A stretch of DNA of 63,933 nucleotides, the filler included, from Octopus bimaculoides (taxonomy: Eukaryota): assembly GCF_001194135.2 (NCBI RefSeq). It is 6 parts of 6 records of this genome, joined end to end, with 100 filler letters (N's around TTAATTAATTAA, not from the genome) between each part and the next. Parts side by side here need not be neighbours in the genome. Positions count along the whole stretch, not along the records: positions 29,694 to 41,284 come from NC_069005.1; positions 41,385 to 49,638 come from NC_068984.1; positions 49,739 to 60,174 come from NC_068982.1; 3 more parts are not named here. The stretch is one strand, 5' to 3'. This document shows positions 40,034 to 52,364 of this stretch, piece after piece; positions within the stretch are counted from its first letter, which is position 1; every line of letters begins with the position of its first letter. The position numbers were made by a program, and so were the translations under genes. The notes below the pieces were generated by a model that saw only the letters and a list, made by a program, of their open reading frames with translations, searched no databases and was not told the DNA's origin.

Positions 40034-40179
40034 GTGTATGTGTATATGTTTGTGTGTCTGTGTTTGTCCCCCCAACATCGCTTGACAGCCGATGCTGGTG
40101 TACTTACGTCCCCGTAACTTAGCGGTTCGGCAAAAGAGACCGATAGAATAAGTACTAGGCTTACAAAGAATAAGTCCTG
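39770..40179 (+). mobile_element. Old SINE A head followed by a younger SINE A body, microsatellite and tail
   Basis: Degenerate head ~39770-39895; from 39915 a near-consensus body, (TA)(TG) spacer and tail up to the gap. Confidence 0.85.
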
Positions 40180-40410
40180 NNNNNNNNNNNNNNNNNNNNN
40201 NNNNNNNNNNNNNNNNNNNNNNNNNNNNNNNNNNNNNNNNNNNNNNNNNNNNNNNNNNNNNNNNNNNNNNNNNNNNNNNNNNNNNNNNNNNNNNNNNNNN
40301 NNNNNNNNNNNNNNNNNNNNNNNNNNNNNNNNNNNNNNNNNNNNNNNNNNNNNNNNNNNNNNNNNNNNNNNNNNNNNNNNNNNNNNNNNNNNNNNNNNNN
40401 NNNNNNNNNN

Positions 40411-40580
40411 TAGAAAAGAATATTGTACGTTCTGAGTTCAAATTCCGCTGAGGTTGACTTTGATTTCATTCTTTCGGGCTCGATAAGATAAATTCCAGTT
40501 GCGTACTGGGGGCGATTTAATCGACTTACACCTTCACACGAAACTGCTGGCCTCGTGCTAATATTTGAAATCGCTATTGT
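40411..40580 (+). mobile_element. SINE family B, partial
   Basis: cgttctgagttcaaattccgctgaggttgactttg..cgtactgggggcgatttaatcgac. Confidence 0.85.
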
Positions 40581-41111
40581 AGGAAAGCGGGAGATTGAAA
40601 GTAAAGAGAGCAAGCTGCAGAAAACAAATTAAACGTCGTCTTTTACGCTCGCGTAGCTTCACATGAATTTTTAGGTCATGCAAAACGTTAATATTACAAA
40701 TAGAGTTAATATCTGCCGTGTACAAAATCATAGAATTAAGATTTTGCAATAAACTGAAGAACGGCAATACGTTTATGTTTCAAATTGATTCTATGCATGG
40801 ATGTAAGTATGTAGGTTGCTCTGCATTTATGAGCAAATAAATTTATACAAGAATGTGTGCATATGTAGGCGTATATGAAGGACTCTCACACACACACGTA
40901 TGTACCTTCACAGATACACATACACAAACATCCACACTCACATAAATATACGTACATACGTATGTATACAATTATGTGCGTTGTCTGCAGCATCAGAGCT
41001 CTTTAGCTCTTATTTCTTGCATTATAGGTGTTCTAAAATCCTCTGTCATAGTTTTCCTGTTTGGTAATACATTGCTAAACTGCTGCCTACTTTAATTATA
41101 TATATTTACTT

Positions 41112-41270
41112 AGGAGTGGCTGTGTGGTAAGTAGCTTGCTTACCAACCATATGGCTCCGGGTTCAGTCCCGCTGCGTGGCACCTTGGGCAAGTGTCTTCT
41201 ACTATAGCCTCGGGCCGACCAAAACCTTGTCAGTGGATTTGGTAGACGGAAACTGAAAGTAGCCCGTCGT
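41112..41270 (+). mobile_element. SINE family A head/body, near consensus
   Basis: ggagtggctgtgtggtaagtagcttgcttaccaacc..gcaccttgggcaagtgtcttctactatagcctcgggccgacc..gcccgtcg. Confidence 0.92.
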
Positions 41271-41844
41271 ATATATATATATATNNNNNNNNNNNNNNNN
41301 NNNNNNNNNNNNNNNNNNNNNNNNNNNNTTAATTAATTAANNNNNNNNNNNNNNNNNNNNNNNNNNNNNNNNNNNNNNNNNNNNATATATATGCAGGTGT
41401 GTATGTATGTATGTAATTACTCAAGCTTATTCTAATTGTTGAAAGAGCTGTTGCTTTCCATCTTCCACATGTATGCTTTCACGTTGATAATACTTTCCTT
41501 CATATATATAATCATCGACTTCCTCCTTCTCCTCCTCCTCTTCCACCTCCTCCTCATCATCATCATCATCACCTTTATTGTCGTTGCTATCATCGCTGTT
41601 GGCATCAATATTATTTTTGCCACAATTGTTTTTTTGTTTGTTTTTTTTTAAGTACAAAATATCAAGAATTTCTATTTTGTTTTTAAGACGGATGCATTTA
41701 ACTTGTAAATATCCAGACTTCATCAAGATATATATACAATTTGCTTCCAAGCCCTCTTTAATCTTCTAACCAATAGCCTCTTAAAGCAAAAACACGCTTC
41801 AACAGTAGTCCTCTTACACTCAGACGATCAAAACTATCTTTTCC

Positions 41845-42079
41845 TTAATCCGTTGAACTTAGAGCATGCTTTAGCGGGAGCGATTTCGTTTGGCTATTTT
41901 CCTGGAAAATGTAAAAGCAGATGGTCACGTCTTTTTATGTTTACGGCTATTTAGTTGGTAAAAATATTATTTTCAGGCGTAAAAGCAAATTCATGAGTCG
42001 CTCGATTTTGCATCTTATAGAGGTATAGTAAAAATGAAATCGCACCTACTAAATCGTACTCGAGGACAAAAATGGTTAA
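41845..42079. mobile_element. piggyBac-type MITE, ~227 bp between TTAA sites
   Basis: TTAA at 41845-41848 and 42076-42079; imperfect inverted ends gagcatgctttagcgggagcgatttcgttt versus rc gagtacgatttagtaggtgcgatttcattt. Confidence 0.6.
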
Positions 42080-42309
42080 TGGCATCTCAACTTAAGCGAA
42101 ATTTGATTACTGAATTTTTCTCACCTTCAAATTTATAGTTGGACCCAATTGCCAAGGAGCGATTATTTGGAACCGGAAATAATTTCAATTGATCAAGAAT
42201 TTATCTCAGCGGTATTTAATACATCTTTATCCGTCCTTTACTGTTCATATACATGCCACAAGTCACTCAGATATTTTCCTTAGCTCAGGTCTGTCTAGCG
42301 GTCGGGTTG

Positions 42310-42371
<62 letters not shown>

Positions 42372-42400
42372 AACTGGTCTACAATATATGTATGTGTGTA

Positions 42401-42469
<69 letters not shown>

Positions 42470-42770
42470 AACCTCACTCTCCCACTTCCCAGCACCCGCA
42501 CCACACACCATCATCTGCACATCCACACGCCATCATCCGCGCACCCACACACCATCATCCACACACCCACACATTATAGACGCTCACACACATCCACACA
42601 TCCACACGTCAAATTCTCTAGCCCCTATCCACACCCACATACATATACACACATTCTCACACACATATACACGCACGCGCACCTTCATTTTGGGATCAAT
42701 AATTCTTTATTATCTCCCCTTTATTATCTCCTCTCCTGTCAAACCGTTTTTTCCCCAACCAGTCGCCATG

Positions 42771-42886
42771 CTAAATCCACAAGTTTCTTTCTTCTCTCGC
42801 TAAATCCACAAGTTTCTTTCTTCTCTCGCTAAATCCACAAGTTTCTTTCTTCTCTCGCTAAATCCACAAGTTTCTTTATTCTCTCG
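42771..42886 (+). repeat. 29-bp tandem repeat, four copies (ctaaatccacaagtttctttcttctctcg)
   Basis: Units start at 42771, 42800, 42829 and 42858; one substitution in unit 4. Confidence 0.95.
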
Positions 42887-42899
42887 CTGTTTATTTTCT

Positions 42900-43000
42900 C
42901 TTATTCTTTTCTGATGAAGAGCGTAGGCTCGAAACGTAAACGACTTTCTCACTTTTCCGAGCGTCAAACTAATACACCTAATTGTTGTTCATACACCTGT
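42900..43000 (+). ncRNA. Minimal type I hammerhead-ribozyme-like motif in repeat family D
   Basis: CTGATGA (42911-42917), extra A, stem II GAGC-gtag-GCTC, GAAA (42931-42934), C-GTA triplet (predicted cleavage after 42938). Stem I is weak in this copy. Confidence 0.5.
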
Positions 43001-43028
43001 CTTCTCTCTCTATATATATATATATAGC

Positions 43029-43190
43029 CGCAGGCGTGGCTGTGTGGTAAGAAGCTTGCTTCCCGACCACATGGTTCCGGGTTCAGTCCCATTGCATGGC
43101 ACCTTTGGCAAGTCTTTTCTACTATAGCTACGGGTCGACCAAAGCCTTGTAAGTGGATTTGGTAGACGGAAATTGAAAGAAGCCCGTCGT
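43029..43190 (+). mobile_element. SINE family A head/body
   Basis: gcaggcgtggctgtgtggtaagaagcttgcttcccgaccacatggttccgggttcagtccc..gaagcccgtcg. Confidence 0.92.
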
Positions 43191-43451
43191 ATATATATAT
43201 ATANNNNNNNNNNNNNNNNNNNNNNNNNNNNNNNNNNNNNNNNNNNNNNNNNNNNNNNNNNNNNNNNNNNNNNNNNNNNNNNNNNNNNNNNNNNNNNNNN
43301 NNNNNNNNNNNNNNNNNNNNNNNNNNNNNNNNNNNNNNNNNNNNNNNNNNNNNNNNNNNNNNNNNNNNNNNNNNNNNNNNNNNNNNNNNNNNNNNNNNNN
43401 NNNNNNNNNNNNNNNNNNNNNNNNNNNNNNNNNNNNNNNNNNNNNNNNNNN

Positions 43452-43489
<38 letters not shown>

Positions 43490-44205
43490 GACAGACAGAG
43501 AGACAGACAGACAGACAGATAGATAGATTTTACAAGAAGTGAGATCTGAAACCATATATTGCTACCAATATTGTATATGTTGGAAGAGTCAAAATTAGTA
43601 AAACTTATAAACACATTCACTGCTTATTGGTCTTCTTTCAAATTTCTTTTTCTAAGGCATCTGATGTTTTTTATGTCTTCAAACATCACTCCAGCCTTAC
43701 AATAGTTTACAGAAGCTAAACCTATAGCGGAGAAAGATCTTGCTACCGGACACATGTGAAGAACGGATGGGTTGACAAACCATCCTCTCATGACAATCCG
43801 CTAGCATAAATAATAAAAGAATAAGGATGTAATAGTTCAAGCGAATATTCACATACACACACGCAAATACTTACTTATGTTCTGATACTAGAAAAAAAAC
43901 AAAAAACAGAAAGCAAAGAAAACAAAAATGTCATCAATTCCTGAGTAGGTATACTTGCTTCCATGGAGACATAACCACAGAAAAGATCAATTGGAAACTA
44001 AAAAGCAAGCATTTAAAAAGGAAGAAATACATACCAATTGAGAAAGCTGCCGACAAGTGTAGCGAAAAATATTTTGGGGAACATAAACATTAACAGCTTT
44101 AGAAAAAGAAAGAACTAATTCAAGACAAGCAACTAACGGTGAGTGTGTTTAGAGGCTTTATTAGTTATTATACATCCCAAATATAAGAATAGAGATGTGT
44201 ATGCA

Positions 44206-44254
<49 letters not shown>

Positions 44255-44302
44255 GTGTGTGTGTCTGTCTGTCTGCCTATATGTTTATCTGTAGCTTTTA
44301 TC

Positions 44303-44547
44303 ATTATTTGTTTCAATCATTGGACTGCGTCCATGCGGCAGTACCACCTTGAAGAACGAGTTGATCCCAGTACTATTTTTATAGCCTGGTACTTTCACTC
44401 TCAGTTTCTTTAGCCGAATTGTTACGGTACGGGGTTGTATACAAGAGGTGATGATGGTGGTGGTGGTGGTGGGGCAAACACAGACACAAGCACACAACCC
44501 CCCCCCCCCCCCCACACACACACACACACATGCACACACAGATAGAG

Positions 44548-44578
<31 letters not shown>

Positions 44579-44730
44579 TGATAGATGCAACGGTCCTCTT
44601 TCAGATCTCGTCCATCAGATCCTCTCACAAGGCTTTGGTCAGCCCGAGGCTAAGGTGCCACACTATGGAACTGAATCCGGAACAATGTGATCGGGGAACG
44701 AACTTTTTTATATCAAACACACGTCTGTGC
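44303..44730 (-). mobile_element. Old composite SINE family A with remodelled internal microsatellites
   Basis: Tail module 44303-44490, spacer of poly-C, (CA)n and (GATA)n, head/body 44598-44730. Confidence 0.75.
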
Positions 44731-44899
44731 CTACACACACACAAACACACACACACATACACACACGCACATATATGTATAGTGTACTGATCCGTGATAG
44801 AAAATTCAGCAAAAAATGTACTCTCAACATATATACACACACGCACACACACACACACAGAGACGGGTGAGATGGAAAAATTGTCACCATTTTATATTT

Positions 44900-46135
44900 T
44901 CGATTTCGCGCATGCGCGTTGTTTGTTTTTGATTTTGTCGACTACACAGTATAGTAGGGTCAGTTGAGCACCGTCTGTGAGAAAAATAGCGTCAGGACGC
45001 AATTCATTCCACCAGCATTTTGGAAACGACATACTCTACTGTTTGACATTCGCACCGGAAGCTCCAATACGAACATTTCAGAGTGTTTGGATGTCAATCT
45101 GAGGACAGTGCAGAGGATTCGGAAAGAGTTGGATGAGTCTAATGGTGATTATGAAGGTACGGCAGCTTGGAAAACTCACTCTGATCGTTCTGATAAGAAA
45201 AGAACTCCTGAATTTGTTGGTGAGATCCAGGCCATGATTGAGAACAATCCCTCCAAATCAGTCAGGTCCATTGCCAGGGACATGGGAGTGTCTGGGTTTC
45301 TTATCAGGCAGGTAGTGCATGAAGACATTCGGTATCCCTCATACAAGATGAGAAAGGGCCAGTTTTTATCCCAAGCCATTAAGGATAAGAGGAAAGACTG
45401 CGCTACGAAGCTTTTGAATAAACTCAAGATTCCCCTCCAACGAGAAAATTTTCTGCCAGGATCAGATGGTGAACACACAGAACAACTGTTGGCTTGCTGT
45501 GTCCCCGAAACATGTACGGAGAGTAATAAAAATCAAACATCCAGTCAACATCATGGTGTTTAGAGTGGTCACTAGTGATGGTGACGTTATGCCTCCATTC
45601 ATCTTCCCACACGGCCTCAGACTCAACACGGAGGCCTACATCAAGTGCCTGGAAGAGGTAGTGGTGCATTGGCTCAAGAGAGTGCCTGCCAGAACACCCT
45701 ATGTCTAGCAACAGGACTCTGCACCACGCCACACAAGGAGGAGAGCCCAGTCATAGCTGTCAGACAATTTCTGCGACTACATCACCCCTAACATCTGGTA
45801 AACTAATTCCCCAGATTGCATCCCCATTTCATTATTATGTGTGGGGAACAGTTGAGCGTGAGACCAAGAAAACTCCTTGTAACACCAAAGATGGACTGAA
45901 GGCAAGGCTTATGGCAACATTCACTCACTTAAACAAGGAGACCATCCAGAAGAGTTACAGGAGATTCCGAAGTCGCCTGGAGGCCGTGGTTGAAACCAAT
46001 GGCGATTTTATTGGACACATTTACTCTTTAGTATTTCAAGATATTTTTATGTAATTTTGATAACTATATTTTAAAACGAGATGTCAGTTTTATTTTCATT
46101 TTTGCGTAATTAAGACGAGAATTTATTCACTGTAC
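44900..46135 (+). mobile_element. Tc1/mariner DD37D (maT/Bmmar1-like) transposon, pseudogenised
   Basis: HTH ..ISECLDVNLRTVQRIRKEL.., KHPVNIMVFRVVTSDGDVMPPFIFP, QQDSAP..37 residues..SPDC.P(D>H)YYVWG, RRFRSRLEAVVETNGDFI. Right end aattctcgtc..cactgtaccctgta. Confidence 0.88.
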
Positions 46136-46185
46136 CCTGTATATCGTATTTATTTATATATACATACATATATCTATGTATATAT

Positions 46186-46229
<44 letters not shown>

Positions 46230-46601
46230 TACATATATATGTATATATACATATACACACACATAGACATTTGCATACACGCACCCGCATTCACGCATAC
46301 ACGCACACATACGCCCACATACATCTGAAACCTAATTGTCAGGTGGTGGTACAAAATAGACGTTGGATTGATTGCTTTTATTTCTTGATTTTCGTTTTTG
46401 GTTTTATTGTTGTTGTTTTTAAATTTACATGTAATTTTAATTGTTTTGGACAAATTCTCTTAAAAGGAGTGGTGGGCAACATTAACGTTGCATAGAAAGC
46501 CATTTTCTAATCATGTAAATTATCCGCATTGTGCTTTATCAGGTTTCAGAGGTATTACAGCTGCCACAAGAAACCATACTTATGAAATAAGGACACAGTT
46601 T

Positions 46602-46643
<42 letters not shown>

Positions 46644-46658
46644 AGAAAAAGGGAGATA

Positions 46659-46708
<50 letters not shown>

Positions 46709-47149
46709 AGTGTATGTGTGTATGTATGTGTGTGTATGTATGTGTGTATGTGTGTGTGTGGGCCTATCTTTAGGTCAAACATCTGGTGCACATGCGAATG
46801 TTTTTGCTGTGTGCTGCTTATACTTAAATAGGGTGTGGTGCAATGATGTGTTCTTAATATAGGTGATGTTTGTGCATTTTGTTGTTGAAAGACACAAGGT
46901 TAGCTAGGCCCAATTTTGAAGATATTTACCTATCTGTCTATCAATCAATATAGTTATCAATAAATATGTGTATGTCTATCTGTATATGCGTGTTTGTATA
47001 TATATATGTATGTATATACATACATACAAACACACACACACACACACACATATACGAAAAATAGAAGTTGAAAATGCCCTGAGAATAGTTGAAAATATTT
47101 TTTATTAATATATTTAAAGCTTTAATCGCTTTCACATTTTACACTAATT

Positions 47150-47770
47150 TTCCCTTCCCAGTCCCACCATACACAGAACATAGTTTTACGCGGATGAAGA
47201 TCTTGTTTTACGCGCAGTGTTGCTTGTTTACCGGGGCTAAGCCATTCCTTACGCTGCTTCATATTGATGTACAGGTACCATTTTTCGTCGCCAGTAACGA
47301 TTCAGTAAAGAAATCGTTGCTTGTGTCCATGAGTTGAGCGGTGACGAGCAAGCAGACCAACGGAGATTGTGGCTCGTTGATCATTGTTGTTGTCACTTAA
47401 AGCATGTGGAACCTATGCTCCATACTTCTGAACCTTTCCCATCGAGTGAAGATGCTCTCTATAGCAGTGACGGAGCATTCCATTTTCTCTGCCAGTTCCC
47501 TTGTCGTTTAGCGAGGATTTTTGTGCAAAAGTTGGTTTAATCGCTCTTCATCGAACTCAACTGGACGGCCAGAACCAGGTGCATCTTTGAGGTCAAAATT
47601 TCTATTTTTGAACTAGGCATACCAATCACGAGTGGTTCTTTCAGTTATGGCACCCTCTCCATACACAGCACAAATGTCGCGAGCAGCTTTTGCGGCCTTA
47701 GAACCTTGATTAAGAGCAGACAGAAGGACGTGTCAAAAATGCTCGTTTTTCTTAATTTGACATTCCATTT
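47150..47770 (-). mobile_element. Mariner transposase, 5' half (Mos1/Famar-like), degenerate
   Basis: MECQIKKNEHF..GSKAAKAARDICAVYGEGAI..FDLKDAPGSGRPVEFDEERL..IVTGDEKW..HPRKTMFCVWWDWEG. Confidence 0.88.
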
Positions 47771-48552
47771 TAATGATCTAAAAATAAACAAAAATGAACT
47801 AAAATTAACTAGAAAAAAAAATAGATCCCAAAATGATTCAAAAATAGAATTCTCGAAAAAGAAGAAAAATAGATTCCAAAATTTAAAAACGCAATAAGTT
47901 CCAAAATTTAAAAAAAAAACCGCGCGGGAACNNNNNNNNNNNNNNNNNNNNNNNNNNNNNNNNNNNNNNNNNNNNNNNNNNNNNNNNNNNNNNNNNNNNN
48001 NNNNNNNNNNNNNNNNNNNNNNNNNNNNNNNNNNNNNNNNNNNNNNNNNNNNNNNNNNNNNNNNNNNNNNNNNNNNNNNNNNNNNNNNNNNNNNNNNNNN
48101 NNNNNNNNNNNNNNNNNNNNNNNNNNNNNNNNNNNNNNNNNNNNNNNNNNNNNNNNNNNNNNNNNNNNNNNNNNNNNNNNNNNNNNNNNNNNNNNNNNNN
48201 NNNNNNNNNNNNNNNNNNNNNNNNNNNNNNNNNNNNNNNNNNNNNNNNNNNNNNNNNNNNNNNNNNNNNNNNNNNNNNNNNNNNNNNNNNNNNNNNNNNN
48301 NNNNNNNNNNNNNNNNNNNNNNNNNNNNNNNNNNNNNNNNNNNATATACACATACATACATATATATGTGCTGTGTGCGTGTATGTATGTATTATGTATG
48401 TATGTATTATGTATGTAGAACTGAAACAAAGTTATTCACTAATGTCTTCCATAAATACTTTTACTTCTAGTTTCATGCAAAACCCTAACGAATCCACATG
48501 GTGATTTCTTTGACTTTCATCTTATGCTATTTTTACGTCATTATTCCTTCAG

Positions 48553-48570
48553 TTGGAAGTCGAATATTCG
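48553..48570 (+). other. Candidate 18-nt microexon (TTGGAAGTCGAATATTCG)
   Basis: Long pyrimidine-rich acceptor ending ttattccttcag and donor TCG|gtaagt; length is a multiple of 3. Confidence 0.22.
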
Positions 48571-48978
48571 GTAAGTTGTAAATTTCTATTGTATTTTCCT
48601 TTATATGGTGTCTAGTTGTTGCTTTTGTCATTATTTATCTCTAGATCAGCTTTCATTCATCAAATGTATGATCAAAAGAGCGCCAGCCTCAAGCATACCA
48701 GCATATTTTGAAACAGAGTATGTATGACTACAATATCGATTGTGTGCTTCCTTTCTCAAAGCAAAGGTGTATGATATAAGTTAGACTCGGCAGCTATTTG
48801 TGGCCTGTCGAGCGGCCACATAGAGGCTCCCGCAAGTTTTGTATTTTAACAGTGATTGAAAATACTCTTGGTAGACTTATATATATATAAGAAATATGTA
48901 TACACACGCACGCACACTGACACACACATGCAAAGTAATGTATATCTATATCTATATCTATATCTATGTCTACATCTA

Positions 48979-49014
<36 letters not shown>

Positions 49015-49036
49015 CACACTCATAGATATATATATC

Positions 49037-49078
<42 letters not shown>

Positions 49079-49199
49079 TATATATATACTAGCAGGACCA
49101 TATATGTATATAAGTGTACACACACACACACACATATATATATGTGTGTGTGTGTATGTGTGGATTATGCATGTAAATATGTATATATGTATATATATA

Positions 49200-49347
49200 A
49201 AGTGTAGTATATTGCCACTTAAGTGTGGCTGACCCCTAGGGGTGGATGTTACTGTTGCCTTTAGCCCCAGGAGGACATCTCCTCCAGCTGGCTTATCGAC
49301 AAACTACTGTGTCCTGTTTGCCACTTAAGTGGCAATATACTACACTT
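49200..49347. mobile_element. Young 148-bp MITE, perfect 26-bp TIRs, TA target duplication
   Basis: AAGTGTAGTATATTGCCACTTAAGTG (49200-49225) is the exact reverse complement of 49322-49347; TA at 49198-49199 and 49348-49349. Confidence 0.85.
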
Positions 49348-49546
49348 TATCGTGCAGTTACTGTTAATACTTCATTTAGAGAATTAACATTGCTTGTATA
49401 TATATACATATATATATATATACGCATATATATTTGTATATACATATACCTAGCGTAAATCGTCTAAAAGCATTCTATATCGGCTACCTCTGATGAGCGT
49501 AGGGTTATATAATCGGATTGTTACCTAACACTCCGTCATACTCCCC

Positions 49547-49638
<92 letters not shown>

Positions 49639-50771
49639 NNNNNNNNNNNNNNNNNNNNNNNNNNNNNNNNNNNNNNNNNNNNTTAATTAATTAANNNNNN
49701 NNNNNNNNNNNNNNNNNNNNNNNNNNNNNNNNNNNNNNTTTTCCATATCCTAAAATAGATTCCAGAGACCACCTTCCAACTAAATTATGCAAACGAAGCG
49801 GGACAGAAAAATAAACAGAAGCAAAAAAATGCATACTTGAAAGAATATTTATTCCTCTGCAATTTAATGGTAGTTTGGTTGAACCCATTTCTGTATTTGA
49901 TTGATAGATTTGGCATATGTATGTATGCGTGTCTGTGTGGGGTTGTCAGTAGGCTCAAATAAATTTAAAAAATTCCTCCATATATCCACCGTTGATTAAT
50001 GGAGAACATCAATTGCGTTTCGTTTTATTTTATGACAATTATTTTACTGTTGATTATATTTGTTTTTTATTCTTTTGCGTAAAGAAACCTTTAAAATTCT
50101 CTCTGTTACATTTTGTTTTCTTTCTGCATTTTATTTAAGTTAGTTTAGTGGGATTTTTTTTCCTTGTGCATATGTGCGTGTATTTATGCGTGTGTTTTTA
50201 CGGCTGAATGGTAATGCCTTTAAATGGCAATTCGTTTGCAATGAACCTTTTCAGCTTATCAGAATGACGTTCCAAATTTATTCGTTTACTAAGATTTATC
50301 AACGCTAAAGCAATGGCGGACGATAAAAACGGTTTTACTGCAGAGTGAACTGTTTCTTGGCTTCGTTTAAAGAAGAAAAAAAAAGCGTTACTTGCATTAT
50401 CTCTGATCCCTCCTTCCAGAAACAGTTTGAAAGGGTTAATGCAGCTTCGGCTCCTTTAAATTATGATCTCCCATTGGACCTAGGTCAAATTTGTCTTTCT
50501 TCTATCAAAAGGGGATGAAATAACTAAAAGTAATGTAATGGAATCAATCCAATCTACTACATTCCTATAGGAATTTTATGCTTATTTTTCAAAATTCTTT
50601 AGTCCGAAGACGAATAGTGATCTCAGCTGTTGAAGGCTTTCTTAGCATGCTGAGGTTATTACTTCTTGATCCCAGGTCAAACCTAACCCAGCAGATTTAT
50701 GATCAAAAGATTTCTAGCCGTGATCGCCCTGTCATTTTATGGCGTTTCTAGAGCTACAATATCCAATATGT

Positions 50772-51095
50772 GTGAGGGTGCGTGGCTTAGTGGCTTCGAG
50801 GAATTCACCTCACGATCGTAAGGCCGTGAGATCGATTCCCAAAGGCGCGTTGTGTCCTTGAGCAAGACGCTATATTTTACGTTGCTCCAGTTCACATAGC
50901 TGGCAAAAGTGAGTTGTACTTGTAATTCAAAGGAAAAGCCTTGTCACTTTCTGAGTCATGCTGAAGCTCTCTGAGAATTACATTAATGGTACACGTGTCT
51001 GTAGAATGCTCAGCCACTTGCATGTTAATTTCACGAGCAAGCTGTACCATTGACCGGATCAAAAGAAACACACATCGTTGTATCTGATGGAGTGC
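50772..51095 (+). mobile_element. tRNA-derived SINE, family C
   Basis: gagggtgcgtggcttagtgg (A box)..gagatcgattccc (B box)..gtgtccttgagcaagacgctatattttacgttgctccag central domain. Confidence 0.75.
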
Positions 51096-52017
51096 CAATT
51101 TTTTTTATCCAATGTGTCCTGCAGTTTTTAAGACGATAGGTTGTTATTCGAAGGAGATTTAGTAAATATTTCTAACTGTTTGAGAGACAGCATAAATGTT
51201 TTCGCGTCGAGTTGATTGAATAAAGTACTTAGTTAATGTTCTCACATAATTAATGAAGTACAATATGACGAGAGGAGGGGAAACTGATTTGTCGAATTGG
51301 TTGGGATACATACGACACACAGCATTCTAGTTCACAGGAATATAAATCATTGCAATTGAAGTAGAAGGGACAGAAAAAAATGAAACAGTGTATCGGAGAG
51401 ATGGAGGTGGTAGTAAGTTGTTAAATGATTAACTCTTTTGCTTGCTGTCAATGATATTCAGGTGTTTAACTTGTCTTACACACACACACACACACACACA
51501 CATACAGACAGAGGGCAGGGAATTGCCGATTAGTTAATAAAATTAATAATTAACAATTTTGCCAAGTAGTTCAGTATGCAAAAAAACCTTTATCGGTAAA
51601 AACATTTATAATTATAAATATATAGGGATCAGCATGAGATTGTTTCACCAACATACTGAAAATTCAGAAATGGCAGTCAAAGAACTACTAATTCTAAACT
51701 ACAATTTTTTCTCTAACGGATGGCGATATTTACGGCACACATAGAACAAAAACAGAAGAGAAAATAAAAACAAACTTGCCTTTAGTTAATCATGTACGAC
51801 GTTTCGTGATTNNNNNNNNNNNNNNNNNNNNNNNNNNNNNNNNNNNNNNNNNNNNNNNNNNNNNNNNNNNNNNNNNNNNNNNNNNNNNNNNNNNNNNNNN
51901 NNNNNNNNNNNNNNNNNNNNNNNNNNNNNNNNNNNNNNNNNNNNNNNNNNNNNNNNNNNNNNNNNNNNNNNNNNNNNNNNNNNNNNNNNNNNNNNNNNNN
52001 NNNNNNNNNNNNNNNNN

Positions 52018-52050
<33 letters not shown>

Positions 52051-52364
52051 TGGTCTTCAAAAGGTTGAATCAATAAACTAGACGGTGGACACTTGACCGT
52101 CTTGAATCCATTGTTGTTAGTGGGCTGTTTCTCTCTGGTCTTTTTCATTGTGATAACCACTCCATCTGATTCCTTTAATAAAACTTTCGGTTTCTTTGTA
52201 GTAATGTTTTATAGTAGTGTTCTGATGCGCTAAAACGCACCACTTACCATACAAATTAGGGATCAATTTTTCACTTCGTTATACTCCATTTCTTATATAA
52301 TGTATTCTATGTAATATCATTAATACTGTCTCTGACTACAACATATTAACGGTTTCAAATTTTG

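Noticed and set aside
41112-41190. tRNA-like sequences with A and B boxes at SINE heads
   Set aside because: They continue into SINE bodies and lack a complete cloverleaf and acceptor stem, so they are not tRNA genes.
42771-42886. 29-bp repeats as a CRISPR array
   Set aside because: The units abut with no spacers, in a eukaryotic context without cas genes.
43720-43805. Small nested hairpin (tagcgga..ggatgggtt..aaccatcc..tccgcta)
   Set aside because: Short arms are compatible with chance or a decayed LINE tail; no family recognised.
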